Shown here: positions 1-10,076 of the stretch, piece after piece
How the letters are laid out: each line of letters starts with the position of its first letter
How positions within the stretch are numbered: the first letter of the stretch is position 1
The notes under the pieces: generated by a model
Database searches by the model: none
What the model saw: only the letters and a program-made list of their open reading frames with translations
What the model was told of the DNA's origin: nothing
From: Sedimentisphaeraceae bacterium JB056
GTDB taxonomy: Bacteria; Planctomycetota; Phycisphaerae; Sedimentisphaerales; Sedimentisphaeraceae
Direction: 5' to 3'
Length of the DNA: 64,000 bases
NCBI GenBank assembly: GCA_044440125.1
Contig: JBITAJ010000029.1
Coordinates: 288,001 to 352,000, forward strand
Translations under genes and position numbers: made by a program

Positions 1-418
1 GATCTTTATCATAGAGCCTTGAACCGCCGAAAACTTCCGGAACGGCGGCAAGATAGTCGTCTGCCGGCTGGTATGCCTGAAGCAGTCCTTCGGCGGCGAG
101 ATACTGATGCGGATTTTCACCGGCTCCGTAGAGGATGTCTATGCCGCTGCTCTCGCTGCGAGAGTAGACATTGCGGATATAGCTGAGGATGGCACTGCCG
201 CCGCCTCCGATATTACGCCAATCAACTTCGACATCTTTGCCGTATTTGTCGAGATAGTATTTTTTGAACCCTCTTTCGAGTTCGTATTTTATATTGTCGC
301 TGTGCGGACTCATTATCACTACCTTATCGACTTGCGGCTTGGATTGCTCCTTGCACCCGCAAACGAATGATAATGCCAAAACTATTACAAAGAATGCTGA
401 TATCAAATGTTTATGCAA
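1..418 (-). CDS. Extracellular solute-binding lipoprotein of an ABC transporter (Fe3+/polyamine-type family); 5' part only, runs off the left edge
   Basis: Not in the ORF track; translated by hand from TTG at 418 (AAGGCAGG upstream): LHKHLISAFFVIVLALSFVCGCKEQ...VVIMSPHSDNIKYELERGF...VDWRNIGGGGSAIL...GIDILYGAG. Signal peptide, lipobox-like Cys and SBP-like N-terminus. Confidence 0.75.
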   Translation of the reverse strand, partial: MHKHLISAFFVIVLALSFVCGCKEQSKPQVDKVVIMSPHSDNIKYELERGFKKYYLDKYGKDVEVDWRNIGGGGSAILSYIRNVYSRSESSGIDILYGAGENPHQYLAAEGLLQAYQPADDYLAAVPEVFGGSRLYDKD

Positions 419-716
419 AATATACCTGCCTTTCGCTTATCATTTCATCAGTAAATTAATTCTTCAACTCCAATTTTAGAATATAGGTGTTCCAAATTCA
501 TTAGATATCTTAATATATACTGAAAATCAAGCAAAACAATCCTCTTTTTTAGAAAATATCAGATGATATATCAAGATTTGCATTTAATTCAAACTTGACG
601 TAAAGCATCGCTAAGCTGTGATTATACAATCTTTGTTTTTCTCTTTGTTGTTGACTGTGCTAAGTAAGATAGTATTATTTAGTAAAGATATGCTAATATT
701 ATTTTGAGGTGCGAGC

Positions 717-1853
717 TTGATGGAAAATATTGGAGAGATAAAAAAGAAGTATTACTGGCTTTTGGGGCTTAATATGCTGGTTTTGGTGTTGAAGCTGATA
801 TCAGTAAAAATGTCTGCAAGTATAATTCCTGGAGAAGTTTATGACCCTGCAATTGAGTACATTAATCAGAAGATAAGTAATACTCCAATGCTTTTAAGTT
901 GGGCAATCGGCTGGCTTCATCGTTTTATGCCGATTATTTATGCCCTGTCAATATTGGGTTTGTTTGTTGGGATTGTTAATGCACGTAGGTTTTACGTGTT
1001 TGTTGTGTGCGCAAATGTCTTATTGCTTCTGATTCCATTTACAACATTTTGTTTGTCGACAAACTATGTTGCATTTCTTGCAGCGATTGGTCATATTATA
1101 GAAGGAATTGTGATATATTTAATTTTCTGGGGTAAGGCGGCGGTTTTATTTGAGAGTAACGAATTGTGGCAGATGAAAAGAAGTCTGGCAAAGCCAGCAT
1201 TTTTTCAAACACCAAAGGGCCGTAAAGTCGGGAATTACCTGTTAGTAGTAATTGTGGTACTCATTATTTCTTTATTAACAGTAGCAATAACCGGTATAGG
1301 TTCTATGCCAAGTCTCTTGAATACACCTGATGAATTTGTGATAAAAGGGTTTAATAATCGCGTTATGCGAAAGTATGATTTGTCTTCTAAGACGATTGTT
1401 AATGAGTTTTTCAGTTTGACATCACCGAATGGATGGCACACACAAGATTGTGATAACAGACCATCTATAAATATTTCCAACCGCTTTTGGAGAGAATTAC
1501 CCGAAGACGATTTCTTTCTTGAACCCCGAATTACCTTTTCTGATATCTCAGGGTTACCTGACAAGAAACCAGATGAATCAATTCCCGGTGGTTTGTATAA
1601 TTTTCTTATGGATAATCCTGAAACAGAAACTTTTGAGAAGGACATCAACGGAAAATCTGCGAATGTATTCAGGTACAGCGGCAATAAAAGCTGGCATTTT
1701 CGCATGGAAGATATGACGGCAACTAATGAGACTGTTTCAACAACAATATTAGTTGAATTTGAGGGTATTGATTACGGCTTTATTTTCTGGGGATTTGAAG
1801 AGGATGAAACGGTATTTTGGGATTGTCTAAGTTCTATAAATTGGAAAGAATAG
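717..1853 (+). CDS. Hypothetical membrane protein (about 5 N-terminal TM segments plus a soluble C-terminal domain)
   Basis: 378-aa AT-rich ORF, GAGG upstream, several hydrophobic segments; no family recognised. Confidence 0.7.
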   Translation: MMENIGEIKKKYYWLLGLNMLVLVLKLISVKMSASIIPGEVYDPAIEYINQKISNTPMLLSWAIGWLHRFMPIIYALSILGLFVGIVNARRFYVFVVCANVLLLLIPFTTFCLSTNYVAFLAAIGHIIEGIVIYLIFWGKAAVLFESNELWQMKRSLAKPAFFQTPKGRKVGNYLLVVIVVLIISLLTVAITGIGSMPSLLNTPDEFVIKGFNNRVMRKYDLSSKTIVNEFFSLTSPNGWHTQDCDNRPSINISNRFWRELPEDDFFLEPRITFSDISGLPDKKPDESIPGGLYNFLMDNPETETFEKDINGKSANVFRYSGNKSWHFRMEDMTATNETVSTTILVEFEGIDYGFIFWGFEEDETVFWDCLSSINWKE

Positions 1854-1857
1854 ACTA

Positions 1858-2349
1858 ATGTTTAACTGGATAATATGGATTATTATTGGGATTTTATCGT
1901 TACTGCTGAGTTTGCTTTGCAAATCTAAAATCAGAAGTAACAAGTACTCTAAAACATTAATATCTTGCTTGAGATTAATCAATATTTGCTTAAAAGTTGT
2001 ATTAGTAATTTCAATAATATGTCTATTATGCCTTGTACTTCGTTTTGTGTTAATCGCTACAACACCTTACGATGACTATTTCACAATTAAAAATCAATCA
2101 GGTGTTGATATTAGAAAAATAAGCATAGAAGTTGCAGGACAGATATTTGTTGAAGAGAATCTACGATCCAATGAAACAGTAAGATTCAGATATAGAGCAT
2201 TATATGACTCTCATTATACTATCCAAATAGAATATTGTGATGGTAAAATATTAGAAGACGGTTTTGGATATGTCACTGGTGGTTTAGTTTGTGATGACAA
2301 AATTATTATTCAACCTGATAAAGTTGAATTTGAATCCAATACAAAATAA
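1858..2349 (+). CDS. Hypothetical membrane protein (2 TM plus small beta-rich domain)
   Basis: 163-aa AT-rich ORF 4 nt after the previous stop. Confidence 0.65.
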   Translation: MFNWIIWIIIGILSLLLSLLCKSKIRSNKYSKTLISCLRLINICLKVVLVISIICLLCLVLRFVLIATTPYDDYFTIKNQSGVDIRKISIEVAGQIFVEENLRSNETVRFRYRALYDSHYTIQIEYCDGKILEDGFGYVTGGLVCDDKIIIQPDKVEFESNTK

Positions 2350-2438
2350 GGGATAGATGTTTTTTGAAGCAGATTCATGGTGTCTCATTTTTACTGAAGA
2401 TGCCGGATTTCGTATCTGCCGATACAATCATATTTTAT

Positions 2439-2630
2439 TCACATATGATTGTAATGTTTGTCAGTTTTCCAATTTATAGGGTTCTTTTCGATATATTCGA
2501 CAATTTTACCATATTTCTCTTGGTTTCTGATAATCCTGTCGTAATACGAATTTTGCCACAATCCATTATGATTTGAGGCAATAATTTGATTATACCGTCG
2601 CGTCGTAACTGATTTAAACCCACGCACCAA
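2439..2630 (-). pseudogene. C-terminal fragment of a REP-associated tyrosine (Y1/RAYT, IS200-like) transposase
   Basis: VRGFKSVTTRR...LWQNSYYDRIIRNQEKY...VEYIEKNPINW matches the RAYT C-terminus (WQxxYYDHIIR..YIxxNP); HUH-containing N-terminus absent. Confidence 0.75.
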
Positions 2631-2635
2631 CCCCT

Positions 2636-2661
2636 GTAGGGAATGTCGTTCTCGATGTTCC
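2636..2661 (+). repeat. REP-like element (GTAG tetranucleotide plus hairpin)
   Basis: GTAG-GGAATGTCG-TTCT-CGATGTTCC: 9-bp stem with two G-T pairs, abutting the RAYT fragment. Confidence 0.5.
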
Positions 2662-2666
2662 GTTTA

Positions 2667-3320
2667 CTACATTTCGACGGAGGTTAGACCTTCCTGGATG
2701 GCGTATTTAGTTAGCTGGGCGACATTGTCTATCTCAAGTTTATTCATTACGTTGAGGCGGTGTGCTTCAACTGTCTTGGGGCTGATGTACAGTGAGTTAG
2801 CTATTTGCTTTGTGGTATTTCCTTCGGCTATCATCTGCAATACCTGCCTTTCCCTCTGTGTGAGGGTTGAGAATACAGAGGATGAGTCCTTGTCATCAGA
2901 TCGGACAAAATTGTCGATAACGACATCGCTTATTGAAGGGCTTAGATATGTCTGGCCGTCAGCTACTATTCGTATTGCCTTAAGCAATTCTTCAAATTCA
3001 CAATCTTTTAACAGGTAGGCGCTTGCGCCTGCTTTCAGCATTTCTGAAACGAACCTCTTCGATGAATGCATTGAGAGTGCGATTATTTTGATATCGGGAT
3101 TGTCGTGCAGTATTTCTCTTGCGGCTTCAAAGCCATTGAGCAGCGGCATGCTTATATCCATTATGATTATATCTGGTTTCAGCTTGAATGCCAGGTCAAC
3201 TGTCATACGGCCATCGCTGGCGTTGCCTACCACCTTCATGTCGTCTTGTTGCTGTATAGATTCACCGAGTCCGTGGCGGACTATAGCATGGTCATCAGCA
3301 AGCAATATTTTGATATTCAT
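2667..3320 (-). CDS. NarL/LuxR-family response regulator
   Basis: REC domain (LADDH, MDISMP, YLLK) plus LuxR HTH (LTQRERQVL...ISPKTVEAHR). Confidence 0.95.
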   Translation of the reverse strand: MNIKILLADDHAIVRHGLGESIQQQDDMKVVGNASDGRMTVDLAFKLKPDIIIMDISMPLLNGFEAAREILHDNPDIKIIALSMHSSKRFVSEMLKAGASAYLLKDCEFEELLKAIRIVADGQTYLSPSISDVVIDNFVRSDDKDSSSVFSTLTQRERQVLQMIAEGNTTKQIANSLYISPKTVEAHRLNVMNKLEIDNVAQLTKYAIQEGLTSVEM

Positions 3321-3512
3321 AACGGGTTTTGCTCCTTTTCCTAACCTTAATAGTAGAAACGCAGGCTTAATTAAGCCTTTTTCCCATCTTCTATAAGGAT
3401 TTTACTTATTTTCTCCAATCAATAATGATTATATACTTGGGAAACAGAAACATCAATAAAGAAATCATCTAAAATTGTGTTTTGTCTAAAACCATGCCTC
3501 TAAAAAGTTGAA

Positions 3513-4469
3513 TTATTGCTTTTGTGATTTATTCTTGGTTGTCTGGTCTATTGCCACAGCGGCTATGATTATCGCACCTATGACTATCAATTGCACATTT
3601 GTTGATATTCCAAGTATTGTGCAGCCATTTCTCAAGAAGCTTATAAGCAGGGTACCGATTATGGTTCCTGTTATGGTTCCCTGACCGCCAGCCAAGCTTG
3701 CTCCTCCTATAACGACCGCGGCGATTATATCCAGTTCAAGAGACAGGCCGGCTGTTGGTTGGGCGGAAATTGTACGGCTTGTCGCTATCATCGAGGCCAG
3801 ACCGACGAGCAGACCCGTAAATGCGTATATCTTTATGAGGTTTGCCTTTACGTTGATTCCACAGTGGTATGAGGCTTCGGTATTGGACCCTATTGCGTAG
3901 GTGTAGCGGCCGAATTTTGTGTATTTAAGCATTAACCCCGCTACGATGATGCAAATCGCGAATATTATTACCGAAACCGGTATTCCTAATATTAATCCTT
4001 CGCCTAAGTATTTGTATGATGGTACGTTAAATGGCTGTCCATCATTCATTACGTATGATATTCCCCTGAACATGCTCATAGTACCGAGGGTTACGATAAA
4101 TGGTGGGAGTTTTAGCCGTGTTATCAGCGAGCCGTTTATCAGTCCGCAAATAAGGCCGATCACTATGCCGACTAATGTGCCGAGAAGCATAACAGGGGCT
4201 GTGCAAACTCCGTCGTTTCCCATGGACACCATTACCCATGCTCCGCACATACCTGATAGTGCCATCATCGAGCCGACTGAAAGGTCGATTCCCGCTGATA
4301 TTATGATACTTGTCATTCCGATGGCGATTATCCCGTTAACGCTCGATCGCCTCAGGACATTCAGGAAGTTGTCGATTGTCAGGAACGTATCGGGTTTGAG
4401 AGCCGAGAGGACTCCTATCAGTAACAGCAGCGTACCAAACGGCAGAAGTTGTTTTGCGAATTTATCCAT
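3513..4469 (-). CDS. Sugar ABC transporter permease (RbsC family)
   Basis: GIDLSVGS, PPFIVTLG, GRYTYAIGSN, ELDIIAAVVIGG motifs. Confidence 0.95.
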   Translation of the reverse strand: MDKFAKQLLPFGTLLLLIGVLSALKPDTFLTIDNFLNVLRRSSVNGIIAIGMTSIIISAGIDLSVGSMMALSGMCGAWVMVSMGNDGVCTAPVMLLGTLVGIVIGLICGLINGSLITRLKLPPFIVTLGTMSMFRGISYVMNDGQPFNVPSYKYLGEGLILGIPVSVIIFAICIIVAGLMLKYTKFGRYTYAIGSNTEASYHCGINVKANLIKIYAFTGLLVGLASMIATSRTISAQPTAGLSLELDIIAAVVIGGASLAGGQGTITGTIIGTLLISFLRNGCTILGISTNVQLIVIGAIIIAAVAIDQTTKNKSQKQ

Positions 4470-4496
4470 TTTAACTCCAAAATGTTGCTTTATAAC

Positions 4497-5999
4497 TTAT
4501 TCGGGTTGTTCAAGAGCTGCAAAGTGCATCACTTCATCAGCGTTTGTTTCTTTTGTTATCAGCTCTGCCGCGAGAGTTCCACGTCTCATGACCAGCATTC
4601 GATCGGTTATGCCGAATAACTCGGGCAGTTCCGATGATATTATCAGGATTGCTTTTCCATTATCGGCAAGTTCGTTCAGCAGTTCGTAAACCTCTTTTTT
4701 GGCTCCGATATCAATGCCGCGCGTGGGTTCATCAAATATGAGGAAGCTGCTTGAAGCCATAAGCCATCTGGCGATAAGAAGCTTCTGTTGGTTTCCACCG
4801 CTAAGAGAGGATGCGGGAGCTTGAGGACCGGCCCACTTGATATTCATCTTATTTACTATTTTTTCAGTGATTTTATCTTCTTCCGAGGGTTTGAGTATGC
4901 CGTTCGGTGCCGTCTTGTTGAGATTTGAAAGCGTTATATTCCAACTGCACGGCAGATTGAGGCACAATCCCGTGTTTTTTCTATCCTCAGTTAAAAGAGC
5001 TATGCCGTTATTGATAGCATCGGCAGGGCTTTTGATGTTTACATCTTTGCCTTTTATGCTTATTTGTCCTTTGGTAAGCGGCTCTATTCCAAAAATAGTG
5101 TTGGCTATCTCGGTTCTTCCTGCACCTACCAGACCGGCCATGCCGACTATCTCGCCTTCACGAACCTCGAAGCTTATGTCTTTTATCCCATTATCGGCAC
5201 ATAAAGACTGGGCTCTCAGCCATGTTTTGCCTATTTTAGGTGTTCTCTGCGGATAGAAATCACTCAGCTCACGGCCGACCATATGATGGACTATGGTTGG
5301 TATGTCAAGCTCACTCATTGGTGAGGTCTTGACCACTTCGCCGTCCCTTAGTATCGTTACATCATCGGCTAAGTGTTCTATTTCCTCAAGTCTGTGGGAG
5401 ATGTATACGATAGAAATGCCATTTGAGCGAAGGTCTTTTATTACCCGGAACAGCTTTTCTGTTTCATGCTCTGAAAGTGATGAAGTTGGTTCGTCCATCA
5501 CAATTACAGATGCGTTTCGCCGGAGTGCTTTCAGAATTTCGACTATCTGGCAGTCACCGGTTGCAAGGTCTGCTACCTTCGCCTGAGGGTCAATATCGAA
5601 TCCATAATCAACTGAGAGTTTTTCCGTTGCTTTGTTAATCTGTGATGGAGATAAAAATAAATTCCCTATGCCGCCTACAGGCTCTGAGCCCAGAAATACG
5701 TTTTCAGCGACTGTGAGGTCAGGAGCAAGGTCCAGTTCCTGATATATCATTGATATTCCTGCATCTATGGCATCAGAGGGCTCTTTAAGGTTGGCTATAG
5801 TGCCATCTATCTCGATACTGCCGGTATCAGGTTTGTGTACTCCGGCAAGTACTTTCATGAGCGTGGATTTGCCAGCCCCATTTTCACCAACCAAGGCGTT
5901 GACGGTACCTTTTTTGACCTCAAAGCTGACGTTTCGAAGTGCCTGTACCGGTCCGAAACGTTTGCTTATCTGCGACATCTTCAATATTCTGTCTTTCAT
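4497..5999 (-). CDS. Sugar ABC transporter ATP-binding protein (RbsA family, two NBDs)
   Basis: GENGAGKST, MDEPTSSL, LSGGNQQK, DEPTRGIDIGAK. Confidence 0.95.
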   Translation of the reverse strand: MKDRILKMSQISKRFGPVQALRNVSFEVKKGTVNALVGENGAGKSTLMKVLAGVHKPDTGSIEIDGTIANLKEPSDAIDAGISMIYQELDLAPDLTVAENVFLGSEPVGGIGNLFLSPSQINKATEKLSVDYGFDIDPQAKVADLATGDCQIVEILKALRRNASVIVMDEPTSSLSEHETEKLFRVIKDLRSNGISIVYISHRLEEIEHLADDVTILRDGEVVKTSPMSELDIPTIVHHMVGRELSDFYPQRTPKIGKTWLRAQSLCADNGIKDISFEVREGEIVGMAGLVGAGRTEIANTIFGIEPLTKGQISIKGKDVNIKSPADAINNGIALLTEDRKNTGLCLNLPCSWNITLSNLNKTAPNGILKPSEEDKITEKIVNKMNIKWAGPQAPASSLSGGNQQKLLIARWLMASSSFLIFDEPTRGIDIGAKKEVYELLNELADNGKAILIISSELPELFGITDRMLVMRRGTLAAELITKETNADEVMHFAALEQPE

Positions 6000-6034
6000 T
6001 TGCGTGCTCCCTTATTAGAGGCTGGATTTGCAGG

Positions 6035-6994
6035 CTACTGATTTTGAAGCTTAAGCAGTGAGCTTATTTCCGGCTGATCCATATTGTCTTGGGTGACAAC
6101 TGTAACTCCGGTGTCTATTCTCTTGGGGATCTGTTTGCCTTTTTTGCTTTCAAGTATTGCCTTTACGCCTTCATATCCCATCTTATATGGATTCTGCACA
6201 ATTAATGAGTCGATTGTACCTTCTTTAAGTGCTTTAACGAGGGCATCTTCTGCATCAAAACCAACCATCTTGATTTCTGTTCGCTGTTGGCCCATCAACG
6301 CACGCATTGCACCGACCGAAGTTGAGGCATTGCAAGCGTAGAGACCTTGAACATTCTGATTTCTTGTGAGCATATCTTCTGTAGTCTGAAGGGCGGTTTC
6401 AACAGTTGCCATTCCGTATTGGGAGTCGACGATTGTGATATCCGGGAATTCTTTTTCGATTGTCTCAATGAATCCGTCTTCACGGTTTGTCGTTGAGGCA
6501 GAACCTTGCGCATATTTTACAACGATCACATTACCAACACCGCCGAGTATCTTGCCCATTCGTCTTGCCGCCATTACGCCGCCGGCATAATTATCTGTTG
6601 CGACAAAACTTAAATATTTATCTGTCTGGACATTGGAATCTATTATAACACATGGGATGTTGTTTTTGTGCAGTTTTTCAACCAGAGGTACGAGGGCTTT
6701 GTCATCAAGCGGTGCTAATACTATACCGGATACTTTCTTTATTACGAAATCTTCTACGATCTGTATCTGTTTTTCCCTGTCAGTCTCTATTTCCGGCGCG
6801 TTCCAGTATATCCTTGCCCCGAATTCATTTCCTGCTTCCTCTGCTCCTTTGTGAACAAATTTCCAGAAATCATGCGTCATTCCTTTTGGTATGACCGCAA
6901 TAGACGGTTGTGATACACTTTTGCCTTTTCTTATGAAACCAATTGTCATAAGTATGACAAACACAACTACGATAACAGTAAAACTTTTATGCAT
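6035..6994 (-). CDS. Sugar ABC transporter substrate-binding protein (RbsB/LacI-type fold)
   Basis: IAVIPKG..HDFW, FVATDNYAGG, VGFD, VQNPYKMGY; N-terminal hydrophobic anchor. Confidence 0.93.
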   Translation of the reverse strand: MHKSFTVIVVVFVILMTIGFIRKGKSVSQPSIAVIPKGMTHDFWKFVHKGAEEAGNEFGARIYWNAPEIETDREKQIQIVEDFVIKKVSGIVLAPLDDKALVPLVEKLHKNNIPCVIIDSNVQTDKYLSFVATDNYAGGVMAARRMGKILGGVGNVIVVKYAQGSASTTNREDGFIETIEKEFPDITIVDSQYGMATVETALQTTEDMLTRNQNVQGLYACNASTSVGAMRALMGQQRTEIKMVGFDAEDALVKALKEGTIDSLIVQNPYKMGYEGVKAILESKKGKQIPKRIDTGVTVVTQDNMDQPEISSLLKLQNQ

Positions 6995-7302
6995 ATCAAC
7001 AGCCTCCGGGAATATTGTATTATAATACCGCCAAAATCAACAAATATCATTCTATTATTTTTTAATACTTCTTCAAGTGAAATGTGTATACCCCATAAAA
7101 TCAGGAGAGAAGCTAATTTGTTATTTTAACCTTTATAAGATGGCTGAAACTTGATTTTAGACTCATAATTAAGGTTTTTCCCTATATATATATTTGTCTT
7201 TGTATGTTATGCTTGTTAACTAAACGATATTATGGACAAGATTGTAATCAAATTGCCTGATGTAGAAGGTTTTGGAGTATTGTTTAACTGAAAGGACGTA
7301 CT

Positions 7303-7962
7303 ATGAAAAAATATATTTTATTAAGCTTGGCTGCTTTGGCTGTATTTATGAGCCCTGCGGTCGAAGCTGCATTGTTTGGAGGAAGTTATACTCTCCTTAC
7401 AACCGATGCTTTTGGTGATGGAATTGGCGGGCAGTCAATAACTGCCGGTCAGGACATTTCCAATGTGTGGGTGGGCGAAGATGCATCTAACTACTTCTTC
7501 AAGATGGACCTTTACGGGACTCCTCAAGCAGGGGCAGAGAATGACTTCGCCGGTGTTTACGGTATCTATTTGGATACCAACGCGAATTCATGGACAGCTT
7601 CTGGTGCTGCATACATCCCTGATGTTGTAGTCGATGAAGATATGGCATTGGATATGCACTTTGACGCTGTAGGGTCAGTCTATGTAGATATGGCACATCA
7701 GCATCAGTATATAACTCCTATTACATTCACAAGTACCTCTCTGGTAGATGGTTTAACTTATGAGTGGGGTGGAGATGCAAGTTTGGAATGGGCAATAGCT
7801 AAATCAGCCTTGCCTGAATCTTTTACTGTTAATTTTGTATCGTACGATGATGGCGGAACAAATCCGGCATACGATCAGACCGGTCCAATAACCGTTCCTG
7901 AACCGGCTACTATGGCTCTACTGGGCTTGGGTATGCTTGGTCTCAGGCGCAAGAAAAAATAA
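7303..7962 (+). CDS. PEP-CTERM surface protein
   Basis: Signal peptide; C-terminal VPEPATMALLGLGMLGLRRKKK. Confidence 0.92.
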   Translation: MKKYILLSLAALAVFMSPAVEAALFGGSYTLLTTDAFGDGIGGQSITAGQDISNVWVGEDASNYFFKMDLYGTPQAGAENDFAGVYGIYLDTNANSWTASGAAYIPDVVVDEDMALDMHFDAVGSVYVDMAHQHQYITPITFTSTSLVDGLTYEWGGDASLEWAIAKSALPESFTVNFVSYDDGGTNPAYDQTGPITVPEPATMALLGLGMLGLRRKKK

Positions 7963-8056
7963 GAAGCTTCTTATATAAAGGGGGGCGGTCGAAGTGATCG
8001 ACTTCCTGTTTATGTTCCTTGGTTCCGATTTCTCTTGCATTGGGCATTTGATTACA

Positions 8057-8902
8057 TTATTTCAAAAGCACGTTGTCTATAAGTCTTGCAGGGCCTATTT
8101 TGACCGCTATTGCGGCGAGAGCTGTTCGTTCAACAGTCTCTATTGGTTCGAGCGTTTCAAAATCCACTATTTCAATATAGTCTGGTTGGGCTATTTTGCA
8201 CTCTGCTATCGTTGACTTTATCGTTTCTTTAAGCTTTTCAACATTTTTACAGCCGCTGTTGTATGAATCTTCGCATTTACATAGTGATTTGTAGAGTATT
8301 GAAGCTTGTTGTCTTTCTTCTGCTGAGAGATAGTCATTGCGGCTGCTCATCGCAAGACCGCTTTTTTCCCTGATGATAGGGCATACCCTGACTTCAAGCG
8401 GCAGATTTGTATCTTTTACCATTGCCTTAAGTACTGCTGCCTGTTGTGCGTCTTTCTGGCCGAAAAAAGCGATGTCCGGTTGTACTATATTAAAAAGCTT
8501 TGTGCATACGGTAGTTACGCCGCGAAAATGTCCGGGACGATTGGCTCCGCAGAGACTATCAGTAAGTTTGCCTTCTACTGTTACCCAGCATCTGTTCTTT
8601 ACCGGATACATTTCTTCCACTTCCGGAGCGAATATAAGGTCAATACCTACACTTTTGCATTTCTCTGCATCGGCGGAGAGATCTCTTGGATAAGAGGAAA
8701 AGTCTTCGGAAGGCCCGAATTGTGTAGGGTTAACAAAAATACTTACTATCACATAGCCGCATTCATCTTTAGCCTGATTCATCAAAGAAAGATGTCCGGC
8801 ATGCAAAGCACCCATTGTGGGTACGAATCCTATTTTTTTGCCATTTTTTTTTGCTGCAGCTACTTGCAGCCTTACTTCATCTATAGTCTTAACTATCTTC
8901 AT
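8057..8902 (-). CDS. panC: Pantoate--beta-alanine ligase
   Basis: FVPTMGALHAGH, SIFVNPTQF, RPGHFRGV, FGQKDAQQ, GLAMSSRN, RLIDN. Confidence 0.97.
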   Translation of the reverse strand: MKIVKTIDEVRLQVAAAKKNGKKIGFVPTMGALHAGHLSLMNQAKDECGYVIVSIFVNPTQFGPSEDFSSYPRDLSADAEKCKSVGIDLIFAPEVEEMYPVKNRCWVTVEGKLTDSLCGANRPGHFRGVTTVCTKLFNIVQPDIAFFGQKDAQQAAVLKAMVKDTNLPLEVRVCPIIREKSGLAMSSRNDYLSAEERQQASILYKSLCKCEDSYNSGCKNVEKLKETIKSTIAECKIAQPDYIEIVDFETLEPIETVERTALAAIAVKIGPARLIDNVLLK

Positions 8903-8920
8903 ACCAGGTTAACCTCTATT

Positions 8921-10030
8921 TTACTGGTTTATTACATAATATTTGATCTCGTCAAACAATTTGTCAATACATGACTCGTTTCTGAAATCATACTGGCTTG
9001 CATCTAACCTTATTATAGGTGATTTTTTCCAGTTTCTGAGTATGTCTTCGTATTCGCCTGCAAGCTTGCAGAGGAAATCAGTTGTTATATCCTGTTCGTA
9101 CTTGCGGCTGCGAGTATGTATTCTTTCGAGACAGTTTTGTGCCGTATCACTGATGTCTATGATGAGCGTTGGCGTTGCTACCTGGCCTGAGGCCTCAAAA
9201 TATCTGTCATGAAAAATCTTGAAATCTTCGCTGCTCAACCATAGCTTGGGATATATCGTTGATTTTTCAAAGATGTAATCTGCTACATAAACGTTATCAG
9301 AGCTGAGGCCATCCTTCCTGAGTTCCGATAAGCTGTTTTCAAGAAAAAACAGCTCACTTTTGAGTGCAAGGTCATCTCTGCCTTCATAAACTAATGGCAG
9401 ATAAGGGTTTTCGTCATATTTCTCTTTAAGCAGTATACCTTTGAAACGTCTGGTCAGGCCTTCGGCAAGAGTTGTTTTGCCTACTCCTATAGGCCCACTC
9501 ATTTCTATTAAAGCAGGTTTTTCAGTATCAATAAAGTAATTGCCGCCCCCAAGTCTGTTGTTTAGCTGTCGGCATGTCCGTTTTAATACCGGGTGCTGCA
9601 TCTCAGGTTCCAATTGACACATTCCGTCAAGTACAAAGCTTCGGAGGTGCATTTGTTTATGGGGTATAGTTAGCTCTGAGGAGTCAATAACCTCATTCCC
9701 ATAAAAGATGATATCAAGGTCTATCGTTCTTGACATCCATTTGCCGTCTTTCTCTCTTCCGAGCTCTTTTTCTATATCTTGCAGTGCTTTAAGCAGTTCA
9801 AATGGATTCAGAGCCGTTTCTATCTCAATTATTCCATTGAGATATTCTGGTTGCGAGCGATCACTTAAAGGTGAAGTCGGGTACATTGAGCTGCACCGCG
9901 ATACACTTGTCGATGGTTTTGTATTTATAAGAGCAATAGCGTTAAGAATATTGCGCTGCTTATGCCCAAGATTGCTTCCGCATCCTATAAAAACAGTTTT
10001 TGTGTCTTCTATCATCAGATTGCCGTACAA
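8921..10030 (-). CDS. folK: Fused HPPK (FolK) and deoxynucleoside kinase-family domain
   Basis: N-terminal GSNLG...RTIDLDII...PH...RSFVL (HPPK); C-terminal GPIGVGKTT, ENPYL, RIHTRSRKYEQ (dNK). Confidence 0.88.
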   Translation of the reverse strand: MYGNLMIEDTKTVFIGCGSNLGHKQRNILNAIALINTKPSTSVSRCSSMYPTSPLSDRSQPEYLNGIIEIETALNPFELLKALQDIEKELGREKDGKWMSRTIDLDIIFYGNEVIDSSELTIPHKQMHLRSFVLDGMCQLEPEMQHPVLKRTCRQLNNRLGGGNYFIDTEKPALIEMSGPIGVGKTTLAEGLTRRFKGILLKEKYDENPYLPLVYEGRDDLALKSELFFLENSLSELRKDGLSSDNVYVADYIFEKSTIYPKLWLSSEDFKIFHDRYFEASGQVATPTLIIDISDTAQNCLERIHTRSRKYEQDITTDFLCKLAGEYEDILRNWKKSPIIRLDASQYDFRNESCIDKLFDEIKYYVINQ

Positions 10031-10076
10031 TACCAGACACGTTGAAGTGCCGGTTTAAACCTCGGTATATATTAAA

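Noticed and set aside
107..479. Plus-strand ORFs 107..370 and 264..479
   Set aside because: Antisense shadows of the minus-strand solute-binding lipoprotein gene (<1..418).
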